Origin: a virus
Taxonomy: Duplodnaviria; Caudoviricetes
DNA: 41,521 nucleotides
Direction: 5' to 3' (one strand)
Virus record (IMG/VR): IMGVR_UViG_3300049070_000038
Span: 1-41,521 of that record
Shown here: one piece after another, positions 27,502 to 37,410 of the stretch
Layout of the letters: each line of letters opens with the position of its first letter
Position numbering within the stretch: the first letter of the stretch is position 1
Position numbers and translations under genes: made by a program
Notes under the pieces: model-generated
Seen by the model: the letters and a program-made list of their open reading frames with translations, nothing else
The model's database searches: none
What the model was told of the DNA's origin: nothing

Positions 27502-29463
27502 TTAACTCCATCGCTCTGAAATCTTAGTATCGAATACTAATGGAACATTAAAGTTGACTCCAAAGACTTCTTTTAAATAATTTAAAGTCTCTGTTTCCAT
27601 AATCGCTTTCACTTCTGCTTTGATGCTTTCCATTGTCATTAGGTTGTATGGAGATTCAATTAATTTAATTTCTGACGTTACGCTATCGTGTACTTGCATT
27701 ATAGTGTGTGCATCCATCCACTGTTTCTGTACTTCCCAATAGTTATCTAGTATTATCAAACCTATTAAGCATATCCAACTAGCTAATGACTGTACAGGAA
27801 AATTAGTAGCTTGTGCTAATGCGTGTGCTGCTTCTTTAGTATGCTCAAGACTAGCCTCCGGTAACCTGCGCCTTTGACCAAGAGGCATAGTAACGAATTT
27901 ATAAGAGGCAGCTTGTATCTTTTGGCTTTCAATCCAAGAGGAAATTTTCTTGTATCTATTAAGCCATTGCCGAATGATTGTTTGACAGTACTCCAATTCT
28001 TGAGTAATTCCAAGCTCAATCCTAAGAAGCCTTTGTAGCCTTCTAGCTTGAACCCCATATAGTATTCCGAAATTAACACGCTTGATTGCAACACGATTGT
28101 TCTTGATTTTAGCATCTGTATCCTTTCCTGCTTGTATCTCATCATACGGCATACCAGTCAAGTCAGACATAACAGCGGAGTGTATATCTAATCCATTATT
28201 AAATGCTTCCATCATTACAGGTTCTTGTGATAAGAATGCAGCTACTCTTAATTCTAATTGTGAGAAATCACCATCTAAAAATGTATAACCAGGAGTAGGT
28301 ATAAACATTCCCTTTACTTCTTTGTCTCTTGGTATCTGTTGCATATCAGATGATAGTCTACCTGTAACAGTACCCCCAAATCCTTCTTCATTTCTAAATT
28401 TACCTAGAGAATAATTAGTATGCCTCCTACCGTCAAATTCTACCCACTGTGTGATTGGTTCGTAGTACGTAGTAATGAGTTTGACTTTCTTTTTGTATCG
28501 TAGTATTTCATCAAGGAACTTATTTTGTTTTTCTGAAACTGCTTGGTCAACCAAATATCCAATTGCTTCGCTATCTGTAGATGGGTTTCCAGTTGGAGTG
28601 AATTTTGTAGGAGTAAATCCCAATGTTTTATAAAGTATTCCACCAAGCGATTGATTACTATCAGGATTAAAAGTACTTGAAGAAATTTCAGACATCGTAT
28701 ACCTACTAGCAACAAGTTCTTTAAATAGCCTATCTTTTGTTTTGTTTGCATACTCAACATCTATTAGTACTCCTCTTACTTCCATCTTACTAAGTATAGG
28801 TAACACCATACTAGCAGTAGTCATTAGTTTATCGTATCCACCATCTCTAAGTTTAGGAACAAAGTAATCATACAACCTTCGTGATGCGTCAGCATCTTTA
28901 CATTGATATAACAGCAAGTCTGACTTACTCATCCTACCAAGATCACTTCTATTAACGCTATCTTTATATCCTTTCAGATCAGCAAACATCCCAGTTAAAT
29001 AATTTAAACTGTTGGATTCTATGTTCTCATCTAATAAGTATTGTGCAAACATAGTATCAAATAGCATACACTTGATTGTAATGCCTAGCTCAACTGCTAT
29101 CCAATTAGCGTCATACTTAATATTATGTCCAACTAGAATAGCATTAGGATCATTGAGAAGATTGATAAATCTTTGGAAGCTATCACCAAACTTTATCTCA
29201 TTACCAAACTTAGTTATACTATGTTCTGGATCAAGAAGGTATAAAGAATAAGCAACCTTCTCAGTAGGAGATACGCCAACAGATATAATCCTAGAGGATT
29301 TAATATAAGGTGATAACCCTTCCGTCTCTGTATCCATACCAAATATTCTACCTTTAAGTGTGGTATGATCAACCATATAGTTATGATAACCATCAGGAAA
29401 TTTTTCTAGAGGCTGAAAAATATCAAGAGCTTGCTGTCTAATATTCTTGTTTGTTTTTTTCAT
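27502..29463 (-). CDS. polA: Family A DNA polymerase with 3'-5' exonuclease
   Basis: Exonuclease DTETEG, HNIKYD, YQCKDA; TGRLSS; motif A DFSQLELR; motif B KRVNFGILYG; motif C VHDS. Confidence 0.95.
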   Translation of the reverse strand: MKKTNKNIRQQALDIFQPLEKFPDGYHNYMVDHTTLKGRIFGMDTETEGLSPYIKSSRIISVGVSPTEKVAYSLYLLDPEHSITKFGNEIKFGDSFQRFINLLNDPNAILVGHNIKYDANWIAVELGITIKCMLFDTMFAQYLLDENIESNSLNYLTGMFADLKGYKDSVNRSDLGRMSKSDLLLYQCKDADASRRLYDYFVPKLRDGGYDKLMTTASMVLPILSKMEVRGVLIDVEYANKTKDRLFKELVASRYTMSEISSSTFNPDSNQSLGGILYKTLGFTPTKFTPTGNPSTDSEAIGYLVDQAVSEKQNKFLDEILRYKKKVKLITTYYEPITQWVEFDGRRHTNYSLGKFRNEEGFGGTVTGRLSSDMQQIPRDKEVKGMFIPTPGYTFLDGDFSQLELRVAAFLSQEPVMMEAFNNGLDIHSAVMSDLTGMPYDEIQAGKDTDAKIKNNRVAIKRVNFGILYGVQARRLQRLLRIELGITQELEYCQTIIRQWLNRYKKISSWIESQKIQAASYKFVTMPLGQRRRLPEASLEHTKEAAHALAQATNFPVQSLASWICLIGLIILDNYWEVQKQWMDAHTIMQVHDSVTSEIKLIESPYNLMTMESIKAEVKAIMETETLNYLKEVFGVNFNVPLVFDTKISERWS

Positions 29464-29656
29464 AAACTATTTCCATCTTAGATGCTCCATACCTAATGTT
29501 TTCTATTGTTGGAGTCTTTTGAAAATAATACCAATGATTTAAAGCCACAGTATATTCTAATACTGTGGGTTGTCTTTGTTCTTCAGCTTCAATTAAATCA
29601 TACAACATCGTCACTATTCCCAATATCATTTGTTTGTTTCTCTTTGGATGGTTCAT
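29438..29656 (-). CDS. Hypothetical protein
   Basis: ORF in the operon. Confidence 0.5.
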   Translation of the reverse strand: MNHPKRNKQMILGIVTMLYDLIEAEEQRQPTVLEYTVALNHWYYFQKTPTIENIRYGASKMEIVYEKNKQEY

Positions 29657-29740
29657 AATTTCACCATTAAATAAATTAAAATAGCTACCGCTATCACAGT
29701 AATAACACTAGCAATGATTGTTGTTCTACATCCTTGCAAT

Positions 29741-30007
29741 TCATTCTTGTCCTGGTTGCAAGACATCATAATCTTTCTCCATTATCTTATAGATTTCAAT
29801 TGCAATATAACCTATAGCTTGTGTCTTTTCCATAGGTTTCTTTTTAAGAACTGAAGCTGTTATTCTGTTTAAATAATATAACTTCTTAGGTTTCAACCAC
29901 CTTCTAAAATCATTCTCTTCAGGATTGTTCTCTGAATTAATATAATTGTTTAGTGCATCTAATGCAAGAACACTGATAACATTCTTATATGTAGATCCTC
30001 TACCCAT
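29741..30007 (-). CDS. Hypothetical protein
   Basis: Coupled ORF with GAGGG RBS. Confidence 0.55.
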   Translation of the reverse strand: MGRGSTYKNVISVLALDALNNYINSENNPEENDFRRWLKPKKLYYLNRITASVLKKKPMEKTQAIGYIAIEIYKIMEKDYDVLQPGQE

Positions 30008-30336
30008 TAATCCCTCTCCTTTGTAATACCTAGTTCATCTAATCTCTGCCATTTCATATCTTTCATAAAGCTACAATGCTTAGCATTTATATAGTGGTAA
30101 AAGTTATAGCATTGATCGTTAGGACACTTATCATAGTATACCATACTATAACAATTCATACACATAATACCGTGTTTGAATCCGAATATCTCTGCGCCAA
30201 TACCTGTAATCATATAACCTTTTGTTTCTATCCACCTATATTCAGCAGGACTAATATCACAATTTATTTTCTCTGTTGGTAAATTATCTATTAAGTCATA
30301 CCCGTCATAATCCCATTCACTATATTTTATACTCAT
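30007..30336 (-). CDS. Hypothetical Cys-containing protein
   Basis: CxxC...CP...C pattern. Confidence 0.55.
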   Translation of the reverse strand: MSIKYSEWDYDGYDLIDNLPTEKINCDISPAEYRWIETKGYMITGIGAEIFGFKHGIMCMNCYSMVYYDKCPNDQCYNFYHYINAKHCSFMKDMKWQRLDELGITKERD

Positions 30337-30586
30337 TTTGTTTTTCCCTTCTAACCTTTCTAGCTTCCCATATTAAATTATTTAATCCCAAGTCAGGATA
30401 GTAAGTATTTCTACTAACTAATCCTTCTTCTTTCATTTTATCTACAATAGATTTATATCTAGTATCGTGTCCAAGTTTAGCATTAGGCCATCCTTCCCAT
30501 AAGTTTTGATGTTTAAGTAGCCATTCAATCTTTGCACTCCTACTTGATTTATAATTACTTTGATATTCACAATCTCTTTTTCTCAT
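30320..30586 (-). CDS. Hypothetical protein
   Basis: ATGA overlap with the primase-helicase stop. Confidence 0.55.
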   Translation of the reverse strand: MRKRDCEYQSNYKSSRSAKIEWLLKHQNLWEGWPNAKLGHDTRYKSIVDKMKEEGLVSRNTYYPDLGLNNLIWEARKVRREKQNEYKI

Positions 30587-32226
30587 CCTAACATACCTCT
30601 CAATTCTGGTTTCATTTGTTCTCTAACTATTTGATGCGCATAATCTGTATTGAGATGGAAAGTTTTACTTGGCCCTCGTGTATTCTTAATCATTTCAACT
30701 TCCATCACATCAGGCATAATCTTTGAGATAATATATCCTGATTGGATAATGTATTCAATATCTCCTGACTCTTTGAATACTGCCTTACCTGATTTCTCAT
30801 ACATACTACGTGGTATGGATGATATGAGTATGACTATCTTTCCATCTTCTCTACATAAATTACCTAGTTGTCTAGCATTATACTTAATGCCTGCTCTCTC
30901 ATCATCACCTTCATACGGCATACGTTGTATGTAGTCTACTATTATAATATCAAAGTTCTTAGATGCGACCTTGATCTGTTCTATTGTCCAATCAGTTTCT
31001 ACTTTAACTCTGCTACTTAAATAATTTAAACGATCAACTGTTTCAGCCTCAATAATTGAATGATCCTTTTCAATATCTACCCAACTATGCTTAGATGTTC
31101 TACTTGCAAACCTTGCCCAATTCTGTTCCTTAGTTAATTCGTAATCAACTGACAATACCTTTTGATCTTGACTAACAAACGTATCAATGAAGTATGTTTT
31201 TAATGTACTCTTACCTGCTTCTGGCATACCAGCTATAGCGTGCATACCTGTAGCAAATCCACCATTAAGAGCAGAATCAAGACTAGGTATGCCAGTAGCA
31301 ACATACTTAACTGTCCTGTTGTTTTGAAGGAAGGTATTAGCCATATAGTTAACATCATATGTAGCATACCTAGAGATGGATTCCTGTAACCAATTAGTGA
31401 ATCCAACACTATCGTAACAATAAGCAGAGTTAATATCAATCTTGTTCTCTTCCCCATTTCTAAATCTCTCAGGAATCTTTAATGGAACAACAGTTGCTTT
31501 AAACTCTTTAAGAATTTCGATTGCTTTCTTTGTGCCCATATGCCCTGCATAGTCAACATCGAACAACACAAACACGACTTTCCCATACAGACAGTATAAT
31601 TGTTTTGGTTCAAGCTGTACTCCAAGTGTGCCCGCAATATTCCTAAATCCGATTTGATAGAGGGTAGCATAGTCTGTAAATCCTTCACATAGGATGACGG
31701 TATCGAGTTTGTATATTCCAGCTTTAAGAAATCCACGTTCCTCACCTTTAGTATTTCTGTGCGGCCTTCCATCTCCATCAATGATCCTACGTCTAAAAGT
31801 TTTCCCTTTTTCATATTCAATTACCAAATGCCCATAGTCAGGATGAGTTATGTCATTAACATAGTAACCCCCTAACTCTTCTATTGTTTCTGGTTTCAAC
31901 TTCTTAGAGATTAAGAAGTCAGCATATTGTTGTGCTTGTATTTTCAATGGTCTTGGTTTAATGGGTGTTGTATTATCAATTAATTTATTTAACCAGTCTG
32001 TTTTCTCAATCTTAAATCCATTATAAATAACACCTAGTCTTTCAGCTAGTACTGTAAAGTGTAATGCGCCACAACCAGCAAGGCAGTTAAACATTTGATT
32101 TTCAAAGTTTAATCCTGCTGATGCATTGTTATCGTTATGAATTGGACAAGCAATGGTTACCCACTCAGGTAGATAACCATTGATTGTCACATTAAACCTA
32201 CTCGCTATTGCTTGTGTCAGATTCAT
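30583..32226 (-). CDS. DNA primase-helicase
   Basis: Zinc finger CPIH...CLAGC; TOPRIM CEGFTD and FDVDYAG; Walker A AGMPEAGKST; Walker B IIVDYIQ; KNTRGP. Confidence 0.9.
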   Translation of the reverse strand: MNLTQAIASRFNVTINGYLPEWVTIACPIHNDNNASAGLNFENQMFNCLAGCGALHFTVLAERLGVIYNGFKIEKTDWLNKLIDNTTPIKPRPLKIQAQQYADFLISKKLKPETIEELGGYYVNDITHPDYGHLVIEYEKGKTFRRRIIDGDGRPHRNTKGEERGFLKAGIYKLDTVILCEGFTDYATLYQIGFRNIAGTLGVQLEPKQLYCLYGKVVFVLFDVDYAGHMGTKKAIEILKEFKATVVPLKIPERFRNGEENKIDINSAYCYDSVGFTNWLQESISRYATYDVNYMANTFLQNNRTVKYVATGIPSLDSALNGGFATGMHAIAGMPEAGKSTLKTYFIDTFVSQDQKVLSVDYELTKEQNWARFASRTSKHSWVDIEKDHSIIEAETVDRLNYLSSRVKVETDWTIEQIKVASKNFDIIIVDYIQRMPYEGDDERAGIKYNARQLGNLCREDGKIVILISSIPRSMYEKSGKAVFKESGDIEYIIQSGYIISKIMPDVMEVEMIKNTRGPSKTFHLNTDYAHQIVREQMKPELRGMLG

Positions 32227-32392
32227 ATGAGGGATTCAGGCATATTAGTCTTTGTAGTAATCCAGTTTCTATTGAATCATTAAACTGTTTAATAAAGAAT
32301 GCTGTAACTTCCGTTAGATTTTTACATACGTACAGCTTACCATTCAATGTACATATATAACCATTCTCTACTTTGTTAACAACTATTTGCAT
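32198..32392 (-). CDS. Hypothetical protein
   Basis: KVENGYI motif; AAGGA RBS. Confidence 0.55.
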   Translation of the reverse strand: MQIVVNKVENGYICTLNGKLYVCKNLTEVTAFFIKQFNDSIETGLLQRLICLNPSYESDTSNSE

Positions 32393-32413
32393 TTACTTTT
32401 TCCTTTAAATAAA

Positions 32414-32728
32414 TTAAACAACATCAGCTAAGCATTCAACATCACCGACCTTAACCCATACCTTATTGTCTACCCACTCTGCATTATCTTTCAACCTATC
32501 TCTAAACTCCTCTGGTATAATACCACTGTGCCACATATCACAGCTTTCAAATGTCTTATCAGGAAAGCCTAACAGCTTCCATCTAAACCACCTACCACCA
32601 AATCCACAGAACTTAGATGGTTCTTTGTTAACACCAACAACATACATATGATGATCAATTATCACCACTTGTTTTGTTTTAAGCCATTCTATTCTTTTCT
32701 CCCAAAACATTCTTTTAAAATCTACCAT
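32414..32728 (-). CDS. Hypothetical phage protein
   Basis: GFGGRWF...WHSGIIP..FRD.L.DNA pattern. Confidence 0.65.
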   Translation of the reverse strand: MVDFKRMFWEKRIEWLKTKQVVIIDHHMYVVGVNKEPSKFCGFGGRWFRWKLLGFPDKTFESCDMWHSGIIPEEFRDRLKDNAEWVDNKVWVKVGDVECLADVV

Positions 32729-32873
32729 TACTTTTCCTTTCTTTCTATCCTGGTTCGTACTGCATCAAGTATATCAGGTGTGCCACAAGATAACCAAGAG
32801 CTAACAAATATTAATATAATTAATATAGTAACTGATCTAATACCGTAAACGCTTTCAATTAAATTATCTGATT

Positions 32874-33260
32874 TCATCTATCTCTCCATTTCTTTATGAG
32901 TTTAAAAACAGGGTCGAGTAATTTAATCCAAGATGATATTGGCAGTGTTAATCCTTCTTCAGTTGGATCATACCATTCACGTACTCCATCTGTTCTATGT
33001 TCAAACTTTCGTATGTCCAAACATAATCCTTTAATCTTATGATCTAAGATGCGAACATAGAATGTATGGTTGCCAATAAGAATGGGTAGACTTGTGTCTA
33101 CCCTTTCCCAAAGTTGTCTAGTTCTTCTACCTGTGTACTTGTTAGGCTGTCTTCTATTAGGTGCAGGCATATCTGCCAAAGCACAGTAGCTCTCCCATTC
33201 AAGTACAATAGGATTGAATGATGGTATGCTGTCTTGCATAACGCTCAATCGTTTTCGCAA
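32874..33260 (-). CDS. PC4/YdbC-like ssDNA-binding protein
   Basis: LDIRKF...PTEEGLTLP. Confidence 0.6.
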   Translation of the reverse strand: MRKRLSVMQDSIPSFNPIVLEWESYCALADMPAPNRRQPNKYTGRRTRQLWERVDTSLPILIGNHTFYVRILDHKIKGLCLDIRKFEHRTDGVREWYDPTEEGLTLPISSWIKLLDPVFKLIKKWRDR

Positions 33261-33537
33261 GACTTCGCGCTGTATTGGATTTAGTTTCTTTATTCTCCTG
33301 CATACGAAAGGGATCAGTTAATTTATTTAACTCCACCCCCTTTACTAAATCCATATAAGCATTATTAACCATTGCTTCTGGAAGTGATTCAAGTAGGATA
33401 CGATTAAGATGTGGTTCTTTTTCTAACTGTTCGATTTTAGTCCAGTTAGTTTTAGCGTAGGTTTCTTCAAGGTATTCATTTTTCTTATTGACAAGTGATT
33501 CAGAATGTGAGATAATTCTGTCAAGTTGATCACCCAT
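33199..33537 (-). CDS. Hypothetical protein
   Basis: GGGGG RBS-like sequence upstream. Confidence 0.55.
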   Translation of the reverse strand: MGDQLDRIISHSESLVNKKNEYLEETYAKTNWTKIEQLEKEPHLNRILLESLPEAMVNNAYMDLVKGVELNKLTDPFRMQENKETKSNTARSLAKTIERYARQHTIIQSYCT

Positions 33538-33602
33538 TACTACCCCCTATAGGAAGGAAAAGACAATGTTAGAAAACAATTCCGCGTAAGTACTACTAAT
33601 AC

Positions 33603-33818
33603 TTACGCGGACACTTCTTTAATCCTTAATGGATTTCTAAGCAATGCAAGAGTAGTTGCAAACTCTTGTCCCTCTAGCTGCATATTCTTTTTAATTAAAA
33701 ACTCTATCTCCTTTTCTTGCTTGTCATACCCAAGCATATATTCAACTAGCTGCATTTCCAGCCAGCCTACGTATTCTTTCTCAGTTAATATTTGTTTGGC
33801 TTCATCTTTAGTTAGCAT
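33603..33818 (-). CDS. Hypothetical protein
   Basis: AAGGAG RBS directly after a promoter. Confidence 0.65.
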   Translation of the reverse strand: MLTKDEAKQILTEKEYVGWLEMQLVEYMLGYDKQEKEIEFLIKKNMQLEGQEFATTLALLRNPLRIKEVSA

Positions 33819-33840
33819 AATATCTCCTTCGATACCGATT

Positions 33841-33869
33841 ATTATACCACATTAAATTAATTAAGTCAA
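33841..33869 (-). promoter_or_regulatory. Sigma70-type promoter for the replication genes
   Basis: TTGACT-17 nt-TATAAT with TGn; the 13-bp motif lies in the spacer. Confidence 0.85.
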
Positions 33870-34005
33870 GTTTATATTTTGTATATGTATCTTATCATTC
33901 TTTCCGAATCTATCTGTAACTTCAGCGCACAAACCAGATTGTATTATTGCCTCAAATCTTCTTCTGACTTACTACTGCGCATCAATTCAATTACTGTTTC
34001 TCTAG

Positions 34006-34230
34006 TCATACTATAATCTCCTTTAATTTATTTAAACTCTCTTGTGCTTCTTCTATTAGTTCTTTAACTTCCTTTACAAATGAATCATATTTAATATTTC
34101 CTGTTCTATTCATATGACAGGATTTTACATACATACAATCTACATTGACATTAATCTTATCAACTAATTTTTGTATCTCTTCCCATTCTTTTCTACTTAG
34201 TATATATTTCATAATTGTGGTATATCCCAT
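34006..34230 (-). CDS. Hypothetical protein
   Basis: ORF in the operon; start uncertain. Confidence 0.5.
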   Translation of the reverse strand: MGYTTIMKYILSRKEWEEIQKLVDKINVNVDCMYVKSCHMNRTGNIKYDSFVKEVKELIEEAQESLNKLKEIIV

Positions 34231-34520
34231 ATTGAATCATTAAATGGTTGGATCAACCATAAGACTGATGTCATAATATATTGTTCATCATTAACATATT
34301 CATTGTGCTCATCAATTATTGTTCTACCTACCGGTAATCTATTTGAATCTGGGTAGTTATTTACAAACCTACGTCTAGCATCTGATACCGATAGTACGTG
34401 TGTCTTGATCATATGTTCAAGCATAGCTGCAAGTTCTAACTTCTCATACTCTAGTATCAAATGGGTAGGAATTTCGTGGCGTTCGGCATAAGCTATTTGG
34501 TATGGTTCAAAGTCGGGCAT
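34209..34520 (-). CDS. Hypothetical protein
   Basis: AGGAG RBS. Confidence 0.6.
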   Translation of the reverse strand: MPDFEPYQIAYAERHEIPTHLILEYEKLELAAMLEHMIKTHVLSVSDARRRFVNNYPDSNRLPVGRTIIDEHNEYVNDEQYIMTSVLWLIQPFNDSIWDIPQL

Positions 34521-34595
34521 TGAGGGATTCTCCTATGTTGTTTAATTTATTTAACTACATTTATTTAGATGTAAATAACTAATGATAGGTTGCCT

Positions 34596-34650
34596 AAAAT
34601 AAAAGGGAGTATATAAGTTCTGCCTGACACAGATCAATATATACTCCCTT
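34596..34650 (-). terminator. Intrinsic terminator-like hairpin downstream of the ParB-like gene
   Basis: AAGGGAGTATATA / TATATACTCCCTT stem followed by TTATTTT on the minus strand. Confidence 0.65.
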
Positions 34651-34711
34651 CATTACAAGTAACAGCCCATCTTGACACTGTTAAAAACTGTTACTTGCAA
34701 TATTAATTTAA

Positions 34712-35740
34712 TTAATTAGTCCCAAACAAATCTTTCAAAGCTGACTTACTCTGTTCGGGTGTGACTTCAACAACAGTTTCTTTCTTTGACTTCTTAGCTT
34801 TGCCTTCTCCCTTAACCTTCGGCTCTTTAACCTTCTTAGGCTTAGGCTGATGGACTGGTTTAACCAACCAGTCCAAATGTCCAGCACCTTGCTGTCTAGC
34901 CTGACTCAAAGAAATATCACCAATGAAGAATGAGATAAGAGCAACATACGGATTAGGAACATTGCTATCACTTGTCAAGGCTTTCCAATCTTTCTTGTTG
35001 AAAGCATCAGAAGGACTAGGCGTCCCATTCCTAGCAGCCCTAGCGTCCTTGCCTTTGATCTTAGTACCGCCAGCAAGTCTTACTTGTTCATCCAATCCTT
35101 CCAAGAAAGCTTTAACTTCCTTCTCATCGTAGGTAGCAGTAAGGCCAGTGGCCTTAGCAGCAGGCTTACCAACAGCTTTCTTAATAGTAAGCGCAGCACT
35201 TTCCGTAAGCTTACCTTTCTTAATGTATTCGTGTACAATCTTAGGCATATCACCAAGACTAAGGATATGACTAACGGCAGCGCCAGTGATACCGCACATT
35301 GTAGCAACTTCCTCTTGGTTCATACCAGTAGCCAAAGCTTTACGAATACCGTATGCAGATTCAACTGCTGTATTCTCAGACCTATTAAAATTCTCTGTCA
35401 ATTCCAAAGCAACATTAAGTTTAGCTTCATTGCTATGGACGATAACAGGAACTTCCTCAAATCCAGCAGCAATAGCAGCACGTACTCTCCTACGTCCAGC
35501 CACTACAACATCCTTCTGCAATTCTTCAACGTGAGTTATAAAGACAGGTGTATGAATGGCACCAAAAGCTTTAACTGACTCAACGAAATCAGGATCAAGC
35601 CCTCTATCTCCACGCTTGTCATAATATTTGGCAAGCAATCCCCTATGTTCAGGAAACTTATCAAGGTGTGCCGATGTAACGATCAGTAATTCTTGTGGAT
35701 TTCTAGTTTCAAGTGTACGGTTTGCAAATTCTTGGTTCAT
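34712..35740 (-). CDS. ParB/Srx-domain DNA-binding protein
   Basis: SV..FG.I..PV, VVAGRRRVRA (GxRR), ENFNR, HTH (QEEVATMCGITGAAVSH) and Lys-rich tail. Confidence 0.85.
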   Translation of the reverse strand: MNQEFANRTLETRNPQELLIVTSAHLDKFPEHRGLLAKYYDKRGDRGLDPDFVESVKAFGAIHTPVFITHVEELQKDVVVAGRRRVRAAIAAGFEEVPVIVHSNEAKLNVALELTENFNRSENTAVESAYGIRKALATGMNQEEVATMCGITGAAVSHILSLGDMPKIVHEYIKKGKLTESAALTIKKAVGKPAAKATGLTATYDEKEVKAFLEGLDEQVRLAGGTKIKGKDARAARNGTPSPSDAFNKKDWKALTSDSNVPNPYVALISFFIGDISLSQARQQGAGHLDWLVKPVHQPKPKKVKEPKVKGEGKAKKSKKETVVEVTPEQSKSALKDLFGTN

Positions 35741-35785
35741 ATTATTTCGTATCTCCTATTTAGTTTTTTACGGAATTTAATTTAT

Positions 35786-36145
35786 TTAAATATCAAAGAT
35801 GTTTCTTAGCTTCCAACTTGTACCATCAAATACAAGTTGTATATTCCTTATGCTTCGTGGTTGTTTGATCACTAATACCTTTACAAAATGTTCAGGCATA
35901 GCAGCTAACTTTATTACATTCTCCTCAGCAAACAAAGCCTTAAAGTTAGCATCTCTAGTTAGACTATGTTTACACTGTATCATATAGAATGCTGGTTGTT
36001 CGTTTGGTGATAGCTTTATCCACACTAAAAGATCAGCAACACCGTGACTACCAGCGCTACGCATACCATCATACCCTTGATCCCTTAATTTATTTAAAAT
36101 TGATCTTTCAAAATCAGCACCTTGTTTTGCTTTACTTCTAGCCAT
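35786..36145 (-). CDS. Holliday junction resolvase, Hjc-like
   Basis: GADFER...SAGSHGVADL...IQCK. Confidence 0.8.
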   Translation of the reverse strand: MARSKAKQGADFERSILNKLRDQGYDGMRSAGSHGVADLLVWIKLSPNEQPAFYMIQCKHSLTRDANFKALFAEENVIKLAAMPEHFVKVLVIKQPRSIRNIQLVFDGTSWKLRNIFDI

Positions 36146-36146
36146 A

Positions 36147-36956
36147 TTAAAATCCTATGTCAATAACTTCTTTATCTTTCCAACAACTACGATCACCAAC
36201 ATTATCTCCGAATGGGCACCATTGACATTCATAATCCTTTGGATTGCTATGATCCCTATTAGGTTGCTTACCTCCACTCATAATTCTTTCGTATATATCT
36301 TTTAACTTATTTAACTTCTGGACTATAAAACCAGGATCAATGTCTACTCTAATAGGCATAAGTATTTTACTGGTCTCTCTGTGTTTAACTATAAAATACC
36401 ATCTCTCAAGATTCCACAATAACATATATCCTTGTGCTTGTCCATACCATTCGTCTGAAATCTCACTTTCTTTTCTTATCTTATCAAACATTGCTTGCTT
36501 AACTGCCTTACACTCAACACCATATACACCATATGGTGTAGTAATCAAAGCATCTGTATGTCCTATTAATTTATATCCACCAAACCTATCAGCGTTATAC
36601 TCTCCTTCCTGTGTATTAGCAGATACCTTAAGTTGATAACCATCAGGCAAACCACGTTGAATATTTTTTAATATAGCTTCTTCGTGGATATGACCATCAT
36701 TAAGAAAATTAACTCCACTCAATCCACTCTTCTTACCTATAGTCATTATCTTAAATGTTTTCTTTGCACATCCACCAATGTCTGATGATACGTGGAAATG
36801 ATCTCTCTTATATTCGTCATTTCCCATATCGTGCATTGATCTACAAATACTACAAGGCGTACTGTTTAGTGCTTTGATATGGTTGCCTAATTCGTGTGAT
36901 TGGTATAATAGGTTAGGCATTTCATCACCTATTTTAGCTGCTAATTCAATCTTCAT
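36147..36956 (-). CDS. Cas4-like PD-(D/E)xK exonuclease
   Basis: N-terminal Cys, G..H, GHTD...VECK, Q..GY and C-terminal CQWCPF...C. Confidence 0.8.
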   Translation of the reverse strand: MKIELAAKIGDEMPNLLYQSHELGNHIKALNSTPCSICRSMHDMGNDEYKRDHFHVSSDIGGCAKKTFKIMTIGKKSGLSGVNFLNDGHIHEEAILKNIQRGLPDGYQLKVSANTQEGEYNADRFGGYKLIGHTDALITTPYGVYGVECKAVKQAMFDKIRKESEISDEWYGQAQGYMLLWNLERWYFIVKHRETSKILMPIRVDIDPGFIVQKLNKLKDIYERIMSGGKQPNRDHSNPKDYECQWCPFGDNVGDRSCWKDKEVIDIGF

Positions 36957-36960
36957 TTAT

Positions 36961-37410
36961 TTAATACTCCCTCAAATGATCCTCAATATATTTACTTAAA
37001 TCTATTGAATCATAGACAGCTCTACCAAACAAATGGCAAACTGGCTTATCAGATTTAAACCTATCATTAAGACATTCACCATATTTATGTAATGCTTCGT
37101 GTATTAGAGTAATAGTTAAACTATCTTTTGATCTTTTTATTCCTTGATTGATGTAGATTACATCTCCTTCGGCATATGCACTAATGCTAGTAAATCCATA
37201 TGGAATACGCAATCTTAAATCCATTGTCTCAATGATAGGGTATAATTTATTTAAAATACAGTTAGCATCATTATGCTTATCTATATGGTTTCTAATTGTT
37301 TTAAGTGTATCATATCGGTATTGCTCTAATTTTGATACGCTCATATTTGACTGAATATTGGAGTAACTACATCCACTTAAACAGGCTGCTAGTAGGAGAA
37401 GTTTTTTCAT
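36961..37410 (-). CDS. Putative lipoprotein with HExxH metallopeptidase motif
   Basis: MKKLLLLAACLSGC lipobox; IYIN...TLIHEALH. Confidence 0.65.
   Translation of the reverse strand: MKKLLLLAACLSGCSYSNIQSNMSVSKLEQYRYDTLKTIRNHIDKHNDANCILNKLYPIIETMDLRLRIPYGFTSISAYAEGDVIYINQGIKRSKDSLTITLIHEALHKYGECLNDRFKSDKPVCHLFGRAVYDSIDLSKYIEDHLREY

Noticed and set aside
27502-29463. Unusual polymerase suggesting modified bases or an intein/intron
   Set aside because: Motifs A, B and C are canonical (Phe in motif B), the length is normal, and no base-modification cluster was seen apart from the methyltransferase-like gene.
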